Shown here: positions 42,560-56,689 of the stretch, piece after piece
Position numbering within the stretch: the stretch's first letter is position 1
How the letters are laid out: every line of letters starts with the position of its first letter
Assembly: GCA_964016885.1 (NCBI GenBank)
Contig: OZ024742.1
Location: forward strand, 291,834,001 to 291,898,000
Source: Eledone cirrhosa
Taxonomy: Eukaryota
Direction of reading: 5' to 3'
DNA length: 64,000 bases
Notes under the pieces: generated by a model
Seen by the model: the letters and a program-made list of their open reading frames with translations, nothing else
Database searches by the model: none
Told to the model about the DNA's origin: nothing
Program-made: the position numbers and the translations under genes

Positions 42560-43090
42560 GTGAAGATGGTGTTTTGTTACTTAGGAGACATTTTGAATGC
42601 TGAGCATGGATGAAACTCAGCAACAGTATCTTGAGTGAGATGTGCATGGAAGAAGTCCCAGGGTCGGGAGTGTCACTGAAACTGAAGCGAAAGGTATATG
42701 TTGCAATGTGTGAGAAATGCCATGATTTATGGGAGCAAGCTGTGGGTGATAGACATGAAGCAGCAGAGAAGACTGGAAAGAATTGAAATGAGAATGGTCA
42801 TGTGGATGACTTGAGTATCATCAGAGATAGGGAGAAAACAATGAATTGCAGAGGATGATGGGAACACAGCCAATGATAAATGTTATGAATAGAATTGGTA
42901 TGAGATGGTTGGGTCATGTGTTGAGGAATGATGACATTGACTGAGTGAGATGAATATAGAGGAAAACCAAAATAGACATGGCTAAAGATGATGGAGGAGG
43001 AAATGAATGCCGATGGGGGGAGTGCAAATGATAGAGGAAAATGGAGAAGCCTGTCATGTGACCTGCTTCTGCAGAAAAAAGGGTCTTAAA
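42560..43090 (+). mobile_element. Degraded RTE C-terminal fragment
   Basis: Remnants of FCYLGD, AWKK, MIYGS and RWLGHV. Confidence 0.7.
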
Positions 43091-44122
43091 ATGCTTTTTG
43101 ATTTTGCAGTATGTAGAATTGGTACATAGTATCTCTGCATGTTGTAGGAGGCAACTGAAAGGGTTGCTGCTAGGAAGGGCATCCAGCCATAAAACAATGC
43201 CATGAAAAAGACCCCTTGAGTATGAAGCTTGTTATGGAGCCTGCAACGCTAACCCTTGCTTTAACAGGAAAATTGGCCTTAACTTAAGTATATACTCTGA
43301 TTTAGCTAGGAGAAAAACCTTAAGGTGCCTGTTGTGTTCTGTAGGTGTTGTGAGTGAACACTGTTGGTTTCAACAATAAGCTTCAGTTGTTCAATCAAAT
43401 GAATGTTCTACTTGTTAAATTAACGTGTAAATGGCTAAATATTCCAGACATGTGTACTTTCTCAGTGAGATTTAGAATGTCACAATGTGTTACAAGGATG
43501 GAACTTTAAATTACATGTATAGTCCATCTAACAGGCTTCCAGACAATTTCTGTTTTTCTAGTTTCACTCTCATGGCATAAGTCAACTCCGAACAAATGTC
43601 CAAGATACCACACATTAAGATTGAACCCTAAGAAGTGAACAACTTGACCATTTGACCATGCTGTGTCTGCACTTGTAATATTTTATATTCATAATACTTG
43701 TATACTGATGCATGGCTTAGTGATTCGAGTGTTAGATTCACTATCAGGAATTTGATTTTTGGCGGTGTATTGTGTCCTTGAGCAAAACTCTTTATTTCAC
43801 ATTGCTTCAGTCCACTCAACTAGCAAAAATGAGTAATTCAAAAGACCAGACTTGTCACACCTCATATCTTGTTGAATCACCCAGAGAACTATGTCTGTGG
43901 AATACTTAGCCACTTATTAAAAGATAAACCACACCTGTAATCCATTGTCACCCTGTGATACTATATTACAAGATAAACCATACCTGTAATCCTTGTCACA
44001 TACCCTGTGCCATGCTGAATCTCCCTGAAAGTTATGTTAAGAGTACACATCTGTGGAATACTCAGCCACACTGTGTCATGCTGAATCTCCCTAAAAACTA
44101 TGTTACTGGTGCTTGTGTATAT

Positions 44123-44321
44123 CATCATCACTCGTCGACTACTGTCGAGATGATGGATCTCACTCTCATGCCCCAGAATCCCCTGTCCCCCATCGCTGCC
44201 CCCAGGTCCTGTCTGCTGATTCCCGTATCCCTAGAGATAATGTCAGGGAATGACAGCTTCCTACTCCTAGTCAGGTTGGAGTCAGGGTTCCAGAGCAAGA
44301 GAGCGGATATGATTTCATTGC
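44123..44321 (-). mobile_element. Short 5'-truncated RTE-like LINE 3' end inserted in a SINE
   Basis: Encodes LLLWNP..RDTG..AMGDRGFW, has a (GAT)n tail, and TSD TGTATAT at 44116-44122 and 44322-44328. Confidence 0.8.
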
Positions 44322-44539
44322 TGTATATGGAATATTCAGCCACTTGCTTAATTTCACAAGCAGCCTGTTCTGTTGATGAAATCAACTAAAACACTCATTC
44401 TAACTGACAGAAGTTCAACACTCTTGTATACTATATGTGAGAATGTGAGACACATGTTTGTATTGTTCAAATTTATTTGGCCTGTACTGTGATGATAGCA
44501 AAACAGAATTTCTAAATACAGCACTTCAACCAACTGAAC

Positions 44540-45110
44540 TGAAATCTCTCAATGTTTCCTTAATCAAATTACAATTCAATCACTTTAAATATCTTGGATC
44601 TCATATCCTGAACTCATAAAGACTTTAACATCCAGAACCTTTAGCATGGGAAGCCTGTAACCAACCTGATAAAATTAGGAAACTAAATCTCCAATCCGTT
44701 TTAAAAATTAACATGTTTAAGACATTAAGCCAATTCTCCTATAAGACTCAGAAACCTGGATACTCATGACACTTAGAAAAACACATAGATGGCATAGACA
44801 CCAACTTAGAAGTGTAAAGATGGTGATTGCATCCAACCTTACAGTATACGGAAGTCTGTGTCCAATATCACTCAGACTTAATGAGAAAAGGCTCCAGCTG
44901 CCAGGTCAATGTTTTAGGGCACACACTAAGTAATTTCATCACTTCTCTGAGGGAAGCTCCCTGGAAGTGTCTATTGATGAAAAATGACTTACCCAGAGAC
45001 CATCTCATGAGATTCAAGAATCCATCTTGGAGAACTGGGGATAGCAATGGTGAATTGCATGGTATGGAGAATTGTCTAGAGCATTCTAACCAACCAGGTC
45101 AAAGGATAAT
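44540..45110 (+). mobile_element. Degraded RTE-like LINE C-terminal fragment
   Basis: Remnants of FKYLGS, AWEACNQ and SETW with stops and frameshifts. Confidence 0.65.
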
Positions 45111-45981
45111 GATAATTGTTCAAAATAGACACAGAATAGCCTGTAATGATTTAGTAGAAAATGTCTAAAAACATGCTTGTTGATTCAGATGTTTATAGTA
45201 TCTTTACTTGTGGTCAGATTGTTGCGAACGTTTACAGTAAACTAAAGTGAATACTTTCATTTTTAACGTTATGTTGTCATAGTGCTGCTTTATACTTTTC
45301 AAGAATATTTTGCTAATGTGGTTTTGTGAGGTACAGTCTATCTATATTTTGTGTGGAAATTGAAATTGGGGGTTACATTTATTTTCCAAATTAACTTTTT
45401 GTGTTTTTGTAAGCAAGCATAGTAGTCATATAACAGCTTTCTATATCTCCATACAGCTCTGGGCTGTATGGTTTCGGTAATAGAGAGCTGAGAAGGCAGT
45501 GTTCCTTAGTCTAGTTTGCTTCGCAACATTGGTAGTTGGTGACTGAGCCACTCCTGTTGCTTCATCTGACCATAGTAGAGCTGGAGGATAATGATAGCAG
45601 CTGTATAATTTCTATCATTAAAAATGTTTATCTATAGAAATATTATTAGTGGTTGCATATTTTTGCAAAAATAACTAAGTCTAAAATTGAACAGATTTGG
45701 TAATTATTCAGAAACTTTCAAACATTTTATATTAATCTTATATTTTTTTATAGTTTATATGCATTTTTTCTTTTATATAAAGCTGTCAAAATAACCTCTC
45801 ACCATTTTTAGATTTCTATAGATTTTATGAATCTCATTCATAAAATGAGATAAACTGATGCCATCATCAGCATTATTTATTTTGTCTGTATTTTCCATGC
45901 TGGCATGGGTTGACCAAAACATTACGAAGCAGTATTCTGCAAGTATGGTATCTGTTCCATATGTTGTTCATACATCTTCTG

Positions 45982-46260
45982 GAGGCACGTGGCCTAGTGG
46001 TAAGGGTGTTGGACTTATGATCATAATGTTGTGGGTTCGATTCCTGGGTTGCGTGTTGTGCTCTTGAGCAAAACACTTTATTTCACGTTGCACTGGTATA
46101 CTCGGCTGAAAATGAGTACCAGCAATAGCTGGAGGTTTAACCCTGCAATGGACTGGCATCCTGTCCAGGTGAAGTTTTGTACTCTGTTACTTCATGCCAT
46201 GAAACCGGGATAAGCACCAGCCAAATGAGCCTTCTAGCTTAAGACAGACTTTAGACTTTT
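45982..46260 (+). mobile_element. tRNA-derived SINE sharing the family B head with a different tail; relatives at 15300-15563 (-), 2690-2900 (-), 21480-21770 (-), 30260-30530 (-), 30994-31225 (+), 43710-43900 (+)
   Basis: TGGCCTAGTGG and GGTTCGATTCC boxes plus CTTGAGCAAAACACTTTATTTCAC. Confidence 0.8.
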
Positions 46261-49200
46261 TAGACACTACATCTTAGTATGTTTCTATGGCTCGATCTCC
46301 TTCCTAAATATAACCACTTTTACAAAGTGTTGAGTGCATTTTATTGTGGCATCAGCACTACCACTTTACAGAGTATACTGGGTGTATTTTATTGAGACAA
46401 TAGCAATAGAGAATTTGTCATATCCTTAATGTTTCCCTCTACCAAGTTTAACTCACACTTCCAGCTACAGCTAAAGATACTTGCCCAAGGTGCTATGCAG
46501 TTGGATTAAATTGAAAATCATGTGGTTGTGAGATAAACTTCTCAAACATACAGCCATGCATGCGAATACTCAAAATGGTGGCTACAGTGGATTATACTTT
46601 ATTTACATTAATTTAGCCATGTGGCTGATATGGTATTTAATTGCTTATTGATTGATTTAATTTCATGTTACTAACAAAATTTAATTAACACTTTTGATGC
46701 CAAACTACATGAAACCACCCCTCAGTCTACAATACAAAACTGTTTATTTTAAAGTGTTTTTATTTAGCTAACATCCTCCCATTATAATTTTATGTAAAAA
46801 ACTTTGTTCCAAACACTAGCTTAAAAATGTGAAAGTTAGTTATAATACTAAATCCTCCCAAATTCTTGATTATTTTCAAAATGATTTGAAAATCATAACC
46901 AATATCTTTCATTTGGTATCATTCAATTATTAAAAAGTGTCCCTATTATGAAAAGTTTGGAAAATTTTCCTGTACTGTCTTACAAAAAGGACACATTATA
47001 TGATGTAGCCTGGGATACACTATGCCTGAAGAAAAGGCTGGCTATTCAAGGTCAAAATAGTTTGCTGAATCATTGATGACCTAGGGTCAAACAACAATAA
47101 ATGTATAAGGTGATGACCTAGAGTCAAACAACAAGAAGTTTATAAGCTGATGACCTAGTGTTAAACAGCAAGTATATAAAGTTCTATTTCAGTTGTTAAC
47201 CTGCTTGATAATAATTCCAATGCTATGAATCACCTGTCAGGTTAAATACAGATATCCCACTTCTATTTTGTTTTATTTTATTAGTCTCCACCATGAAAGT
47301 CTGATGCTCTGCCAACTGAGCAATGATCTCTGAGGAGTATCATCATATGTATAGGACAAAATGCTTTGTGGTATTTGTTTTGGCTCTTTATGTTCTGAGT
47401 TCAGATCCTGTCAAGGTCAATTTTACCAATCATACTTCCAGGGTTCATAAAATAAAGTACCAATCAAATACCAGAGATCAAACAAAAACAAATTAGACAG
47501 ACCATTTCTGCTTTATTTTAGTTTATATTAGACATAAATAGGGACTTGCTATCAATTTTCTTTGGTGCATGGAGGTCCTAAGGTTAGTTGTCTTTTGTTG
47601 AAAAGCCAACTACTATTGGGTCCCAAATAATAGTAGGTGGTGGAATAAGCAAGGATGGAGGTGGAAAATTGGTAATTTTTTTAGGTTTCTCTGTTGATTT
47701 TAAAAAAAAACCCAGAATTAGTCATTTAGTTTACTTATTGAGCCCTTAACTTATCCTATTTATTTTTTATAATGTGTATGGATTTCTAGCAATGTACTTT
47801 TTTGGTCATGTATAATGTTTTTTGATGTATAAAAAAAATAAGCGGGGGTAAAATCTGAAAAATTAATAAGTGTGTGGAGGTGTAATTATCCAAGGCCCGA
47901 AATTACCTGTGAAACATGTAATGGCAAAATCTTGTGTTTTTCTGTACAAGATAAGAATATCATAAGTATGCTCACATTTGTTCATTTTCACAGTGAAGTT
48001 TATAATTTAAAAACCATAGTTATATTTACACTGCATTTATTTTAGATCTTGAAATAACTGTAATATAGTCCAACACTTAGGTTAAGTTGTTTAGCTGGGT
48101 CCCTTTCTGTGTAGTCAATTAAACAATGACAGGAAGATGAGATAAGGTTAATAGTGGATGAAGTGAGTTCTGAAAGCAATTTTGATAAATCAATAGATGA
48201 AGTGGGTTATCTCGGTTAAATAAATCAATACTAGATTCTTCAAGGAATTGAAAGTTTGTTTCAAGTTCAAAAGATATCTCATAATAGTTTCTGTGTTATC
48301 GTTTAGCCCCATATTAGCTTTGATTAAGTAGACTTATGATCATGGATGTTCCAACTGTGAGCATTCTGTTTTACTTGCCAAAATCCTGTCTCTAAGACTA
48401 TAGTATTTAATGTATCATTCCCCCTTTTTAAAAGAGTAGTGTATGATTTAATCCTTTGGATACCATTTCCATCTGAAACCAGCCCTAGTTCTCTGTGTTT
48501 TTAAGTGTTTATATTTATGTAAAAATCTTCCTAAATTGTGAAAAAAAAATTGAAGAGATTTAACTTAACTTTTTCATGATATTTGGAACATTACTTATGT
48601 TCTGATATAAAAATATTTTGGAAAGTTTTAATATAAGTACAAACACTTTAAAACAAGAAGTTTTGTATGAAGCATGGTTTGGGTGGGCTGGTATACAAAC
48701 ACCAACTCAATAATGAGAAACTTCAATATATTACTAAATCCCTCCAAATTCTTGATTATTTTCAAAATTACTTGAATATTATAGAAATATGGTGATTAAA
48801 GAGTTAAGGAAGATTTAGCTTTTATTTCTAGAATGAAGCTAAGGTTAGCAACATAATCAATACTCTATTGTCTGAACAGTCTATATTAACTCCTAATAGT
48901 TTTAACAACTCTAACAGTCTTCACAGACTACTAATCCACATTCTGATATGTTCTTTTCTATATTTATAGTGATGAGATTATATTTCAAAAGTACTTCTGT
49001 ATCATCTCTCTTACTGTGTATTTATTGTGTCTGTAAAGGGTTACTATCAAATCTAGTCTAACCATGTCATTTGTACAAGTATTGTCTTTATATCTTTAGT
49101 TTCTCATCTTTTGCTGTTGTTATTACAGCTGACATCTATGTAGACTTAACTAGCCTCCTACCAGGTTGCATCTTGTAGTAGGTTCCTTGATTGTTTTAAT

Positions 49201-50039
49201 GATATGCCCTCCCCATCTTGCCTGCCTTTGTTTGTTTTTTTGTTTTTTTCATAGAAAACTCACCTTTGAACAACGCTGAGTCCCAAGCTCAGCTGCTGCG
49301 GCTGCTACCCATTTTTTCCCATGAGCAGACTGGAGTAAGATAAAATGAAATATCTTACTCTAGGAACCAAACCCATGGCATCATGATCACGAGTCCAATA
49401 CTGTAACCACTAGGCCATGCAACTTCAATCTTAAGACATCTGTATTTTTGGAAACTATTGTTTACTGTCTAGGATATTGAATGCATCTTTCTATCTCCCC
49501 TTCTTTTGTAAATCCCAACAAATTAAGTGGTTGCTTGGGGCTTGTTATATTTACCTTATTGGGAGTGACTTTCAATGAAAAGATTTATTGATATAATAAT
49601 TACAGTCTTGTGAGGACTGTCTCCAAGACCGTCGAGAGGAACAAAGATATCTTCAAATGATGACCTGGCCCAAATGCTTGCAACAAAGTAGACTTTGCTA
49701 AAAGCACACAAGTAGCAAGTGATTGTGCTAAACTAGGTGACGGACCATGAAATAACCTCAGTTCTCATAGGTATCATGATTCCCTTCAATTCCTCAAACA
49801 TTAAGTTCTATATATTTTGTATAGAGTTGGTTGTTACTGAGACCTCTGGTGTTCTCAGGCTCTAAACCGGATGAGGGCATCTTACCTGAAGAAAGAGACT
49901 TGTGGAGTGGTTTATGTAGCAGATATTGCTGTAATTCAGCTATCTAATTTGAGATGGTAAGAGTTGTCATAGTCCCTTGGCTTTATGGTTCAAAGTGCTT
50001 AGACAGCCAGACATACAGACAGATATTATAAGGGCACGA

Positions 50040-50286
50040 CCTTATAGCTATGTATCTATCTAAAAAGACAGACTAATAAAGAGAGAGAGAGATCTATAAC
50101 AAGCGCCTAACACACCTTTAACAACAGAAAATTGAATAATAAAAGCTGCAGTTAATTTCTTTAGACCGCAAGGAATATATAAATGCAAGTTTGAAGTCAA
50201 TCAGTAGAAATGTGGATTTCTATAGACTTTGCAAAACTTAGGACACACACATACAAACAATTTCAATTTTATATGTATATATAGAT
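50040..50286 (-). mobile_element. Possible non-autonomous Helitron 5' end
   Basis: Minus strand reads A|TCTATATATACATATAAAATTGAAATTGTTTGTATGTGTGTGTCC, resembling Helitron 5' termini. No 3' CTAG end located. Confidence 0.4.
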
Positions 50287-50287
50287 A

Positions 50288-50934
<647 letters not shown>

Positions 50935-51269
50935 GCACATGGCTTAGTGGTTAGAGCATTGGCCTTGCAATCGAAAGGTTGAGTTCAATTCTCAGACCGG
51001 GTGGTGTGTTGTTTCCTTGAGCAAGACACTTTATTTCAAATTGCTCCAGTTTACTCAGCTGTAGAAATGAGATGATAGGGACTGAGGTCCTTATCATTCC
51101 ACTGCAAAGTGGTCGTGTAGGTGCCACGGCAAAAAAGCACCCAGCACTCACTGTAAATGAGGTTGGTGTTAGGAAGGGCATCCAGCTGTAGAAATCAAGC
51201 CAGAATCAGTTCCCGTCCCACCCTTGCAAGCAGGGAAAAGCGGACGTAAAATGAAATGATGATGATGAT
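50935..51269 (+). mobile_element. tRNA-derived SINE with CORE/V-like body and RTE-type 3' tail (family B)
   Basis: A box TGGCTTAGTGG, B box GAGTTCAATTC, body TCCTTGAGCAAGACACTT, tail GTTAGGAAGGGCATCCAGCTGTAGAAA and (GAT)n. Confidence 0.88.
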
Positions 51270-51305
51270 ATATATATATATATATACATACATATATATA
51301 TATAT

Positions 51306-51648
51306 GGAGGCACATGGCTTAGTGGTTAGAGCATTGGCCTTGCAATCGAAAGGTTGTGAGTTCAATTCTCAGACCAGGTGATGTGTTGTTTCCTTGAGCA
51401 AGACACTTTATTTCACATTGCTCCAGTTTACTCAGCTGTAGAAATGAGATGATAGGGACTGGGGTCCCTATCATTCCACTGCAAAGTGGTCGTGGAGGTG
51501 CCATGGCAAAAAAACACCCAGCACTCACTGTAAATGAGGTTGGTGTTAGGAAGGGCATCCAGCTGTAGAAATCCAGCCAGAATCAGTTCCCGTCCCACCC
51601 TTGCAAGCAAGGAAAAGTGGACGTAAAATGAAATGAATGAAAATGAAT
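51306..51648 (+). mobile_element. SINE family B, tandem second copy
   Basis: Near-identical to 50935-51269. Confidence 0.88.
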
Positions 51649-51658
51649 ATATATATAT

Positions 51659-51713
<55 letters not shown>

Positions 51714-51719
<6 letters not shown>

Positions 51720-52289
51720 AAAACCTGTCAGACAGTCCTATGCGAGCAAGACAATCACTCTTGCCTCAAGTGGGACGACCCCCGTCCAAACCCATGCAAG
51801 CGTGGAACACGGACGTTAAACGTTGATGATATATATATATATATATATATATGTGGGGCTGGGAGGTTTTTACCGTGTTGCCTACACGGCCACATTACAG
51901 CGTGGACTGTGTGTTTTTTGTCGTGACACCTACACGATCTCATTTGTTTCGGCCTGGATGTTGTGGCACCAACATAACTTTACATTGAAAGGGGCGGTGT
52001 GGATGTGGTGGGACGGGGGTGTGTTTTGTTAGAGATGCCTACTGACTGTAGTAGGTTTTACTTTGTATTTAGGTAAGGCGGGTCCTCTATTACTGAGTAC
52101 CGCCAAAGGTCTCGGTCCAGTGACATTGACTTGGAGAGGTGTGAGGTCGGAATTTATCATGTCGTCCCAGGTTTTTCTGGGTCTGTCTACTCCACTGTCT
52201 ATCTTTATTGCCCTGCACTTGGTTATACAGCTGTCGTCTTTCATGTGCTTCACGTGACCATACCAACGTAGCCTTCTCTCAAGTAAACA
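51714..52289. mobile_element. RTE 3' end in two oppositely oriented pieces
   Basis: 51714-51829 (+) matches about 60382-60498. 51852-52289 (-) matches about 59870-60346. The pieces are separated by (AT)n. Confidence 0.88.
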
Positions 52290-52295
52290 TGATAT

Positions 52296-53285
52296 ACCAG
52301 ATAGAAAAATGTGTACAGCAAAAAAAAAGTAATATTGTTGGAATATAAACCTTTAAAAATACAGGACAAGAAACTAAAATAAAACTTTAAAAGAATAGGA
52401 CAAGAAACTAAGATAACACTTTAAAGAATTGGACAAGAAATAAAAAATTTTACAATATTAGTGGCAAAATTTTTATTGGTAAAAAATCGAGTTCCACATT
52501 CATAGGCTCTGGGATCAACATTCAGAGGTCGTCGTCAGACCGGGGGAGATCATCTAGGCCATAACCATACCCCCATTTCGTCATTCGGCAACACGCCTCA
52601 TGTGTCATGCATAATGTGAATGGGCCCATGAGCACAGATCTTGAGCAGCAGCGGACGCTCTTGTCGTCCCGCTCATCCTTGATCTTGACCAACCCGTCCA
52701 TCTTCTCCTTGCATCTTGTCCTTGAGATCAAGTCTGGCAGTCCAGATGAATGCGTGCCACAGCTTTCTGGTACAGGAAGGGGGAACTGGAGGGATGACGG
52801 GACAGAGGGAGGGAGGACTGGTGGTTGAGGGAGGTGCCGTAGTCGGTGGTCAGAGTCGACATCTTGTCCCGGTCGTCTTCTCCATCTTCGTCTGGTGTTG
52901 TGGGACCAGAAGTGCATTCTTGGAGGAGACCTGCAGCTGCATCGGCCAATTCTTCTTGCAATGGTCATTCTGACGGAGCAGAACTGCTCAGCCAACCAAC
53001 CCCAACCAGAACCAACCGCTAAGGGGCAACGCCCAATGAGAGCATGACAATTATTATGCACTAATCAAGAAGATACTGGGGCATAGCACAGGAAACGAAT
53101 AAAAAAAAATTTTGCCACTAATATTATTGTAAAATTTTTTATTTCTTGTCCAATTCTTTAAAGTTTTATCTTAGTTTCTTGTCCTATTCTTTGAAAGTTT
53201 TATTTTAGTTTCTTGTCCTGTATTTTTAAAGGTTTATATTCCAACAATATTACTTTTTTTTGCTGTACGCATTTTTCTATCTGGT
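52296..53285. mobile_element. Non-autonomous DNA element with about 180-bp TIRs and GC-rich interior
   Basis: 52296-52474 is the reverse complement of about 53105-53285, with three subterminal GGACAAGAAA repeats per arm. Confidence 0.85.
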
Positions 53286-53701
53286 CTACTATTTTTTAAG
53301 GCAATGCAAGCAACAACTATCTAATAATTAAATGATCATAGTGAATTACTGCCAAGTGATTGACATTTTAAAGTTCTTTTGAGTATAATTGCAATCTAGT
53401 TGAGGCAACTGGCTTAATGACAAAGCTACGTCATTTCTGGATTACCTCCCCTAGCGTCACGCTTACTACTCACTCACTTGAACACAAGATTTATCAGCAA
53501 ACTTTGATTATAAACTTTTTCCCGCTGGACCAAATTTCTAGATTTTTAAGCCAAAATATGCGTAATGATCTACTGTTCATGCTCATATAAGTTTTATCTC
53601 AGTTAAATAAAGTAGAGCCGCGCTGTACTGTCGTAAACAGACGATTGCCAACGAAAACACGACCACAACAATATTACTAAACGGACTACCGTCAGTTTAG
53701 G

Positions 53702-55403
<1,702 letters not shown>

Positions 55404-55855
55404 TGAAGTAGATGGAGGGTGAAGGGTGTAGAAGCGGGATTTTTGACTTTCGAAGTAGCATAATATATATATTTAAAGGAATTTATAAGAAGTAGAATGG
55501 GAAGGATTTTGTTTGTTTGAGAATACAATAGAATTAAGGAATTGGAGAATACGATAGAATTAAGGAATTGAGGAGCTGGAAGGTTATGAATGTTTAATAA
55601 GCGATTAACAAAAAGCAAAACTGCAAGATTTGTTCTGTTCAATACGACAAAAACAACCGTATTTAAACATAAATAAATAACAAAAAAATACAGATTTCGG
55701 ATTTTGCGAGATTGGATGTTTGGACTAGGTACGAAATTGAAGCGCGGAGTAGATAGAAAAATCTGTACGTTACGATTACATGGGTACACCGTAGTAGGAA
55801 TAATTGAAGCAGCAATGAATTGGCGAAAAGTGAATAAACATGAAGGGGGATTTAT

Positions 55856-55889
<34 letters not shown>

Positions 55890-56685
55890 GCTAAGAGAGA
55901 GAGAGAGGGGAAGGGGGAGAGAGAGAGTGGCTGACCGCAGCCCCTCGTGAAGTAGATGGAGGGTGAAGGGTGTAGAAGCGGGATTTTTGACTTTCGAAGT
56001 AGCATAATATATATATTTAAAGGAATTTATAAGAAGTAGAATGGGAAGGATTTTGTTTGTTTGAGGATACGATAGAATTAAGGAATTGGAGAATACGATA
56101 GAATTAAGGAATTGAGGAGCTGGAAGGTTATGAATGTTTAACAAGCGATTAACAAAAATCAAAACTGCAAGATTTGTTCTGTTCAATACGACAAAAACAA
56201 CCGTATTTAAACATAAATAAATAACAAAAAAATACAGATTTCGGATTTTGCGAGATTTGATGTTTGGACTAGGTACGAAATTGAAGCGCAGAGTAGATAG
56301 AAAAATGTGTACGTTACGATTACATGGGTACACCGTAGTAGGAATAATTGAAGCAGCAATGAATTGGCGAAAAGTGAATAAACATGAAGGGGGATTTATC
56401 TTATATATATATATATATATGTAGCTAAGAGAGAGAGAGAGGGGAAGGGGGAGAGAGAGAGAGTGGCTGACCGCAGCCCCTCGTGAAGTAGATGGAGGGT
56501 GAAGGGTGTAGAAGCGGGATTTTTGACACCTAGTCCAAACATCCAATCTCGCAAAATCCGAAATCTGTATTTTTTTGTTATTTATTTATGTTTAAATACG
56601 GTTGTTTTTGTCGTATTGAACAGAACAAATCTTGCAGTTTTGCTTTTTTGTTAATCGCTTGTTAAACATTCATAACCTTCCAGCT
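55404..56685. repeat. About 540-bp tandem repeat (two units plus a partial) followed by an inverted internal segment
   Basis: Units start at 55404, 55948 and 56484. 56528-56685 is the reverse complement of about 55573-55730. Confidence 0.9.
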
Positions 56686-56689
56686 AGCT

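Noticed and set aside
51306-51380. tRNA gene
   Set aside because: A and B boxes are present but there is no acceptor stem, and the sequence continues into a SINE body.
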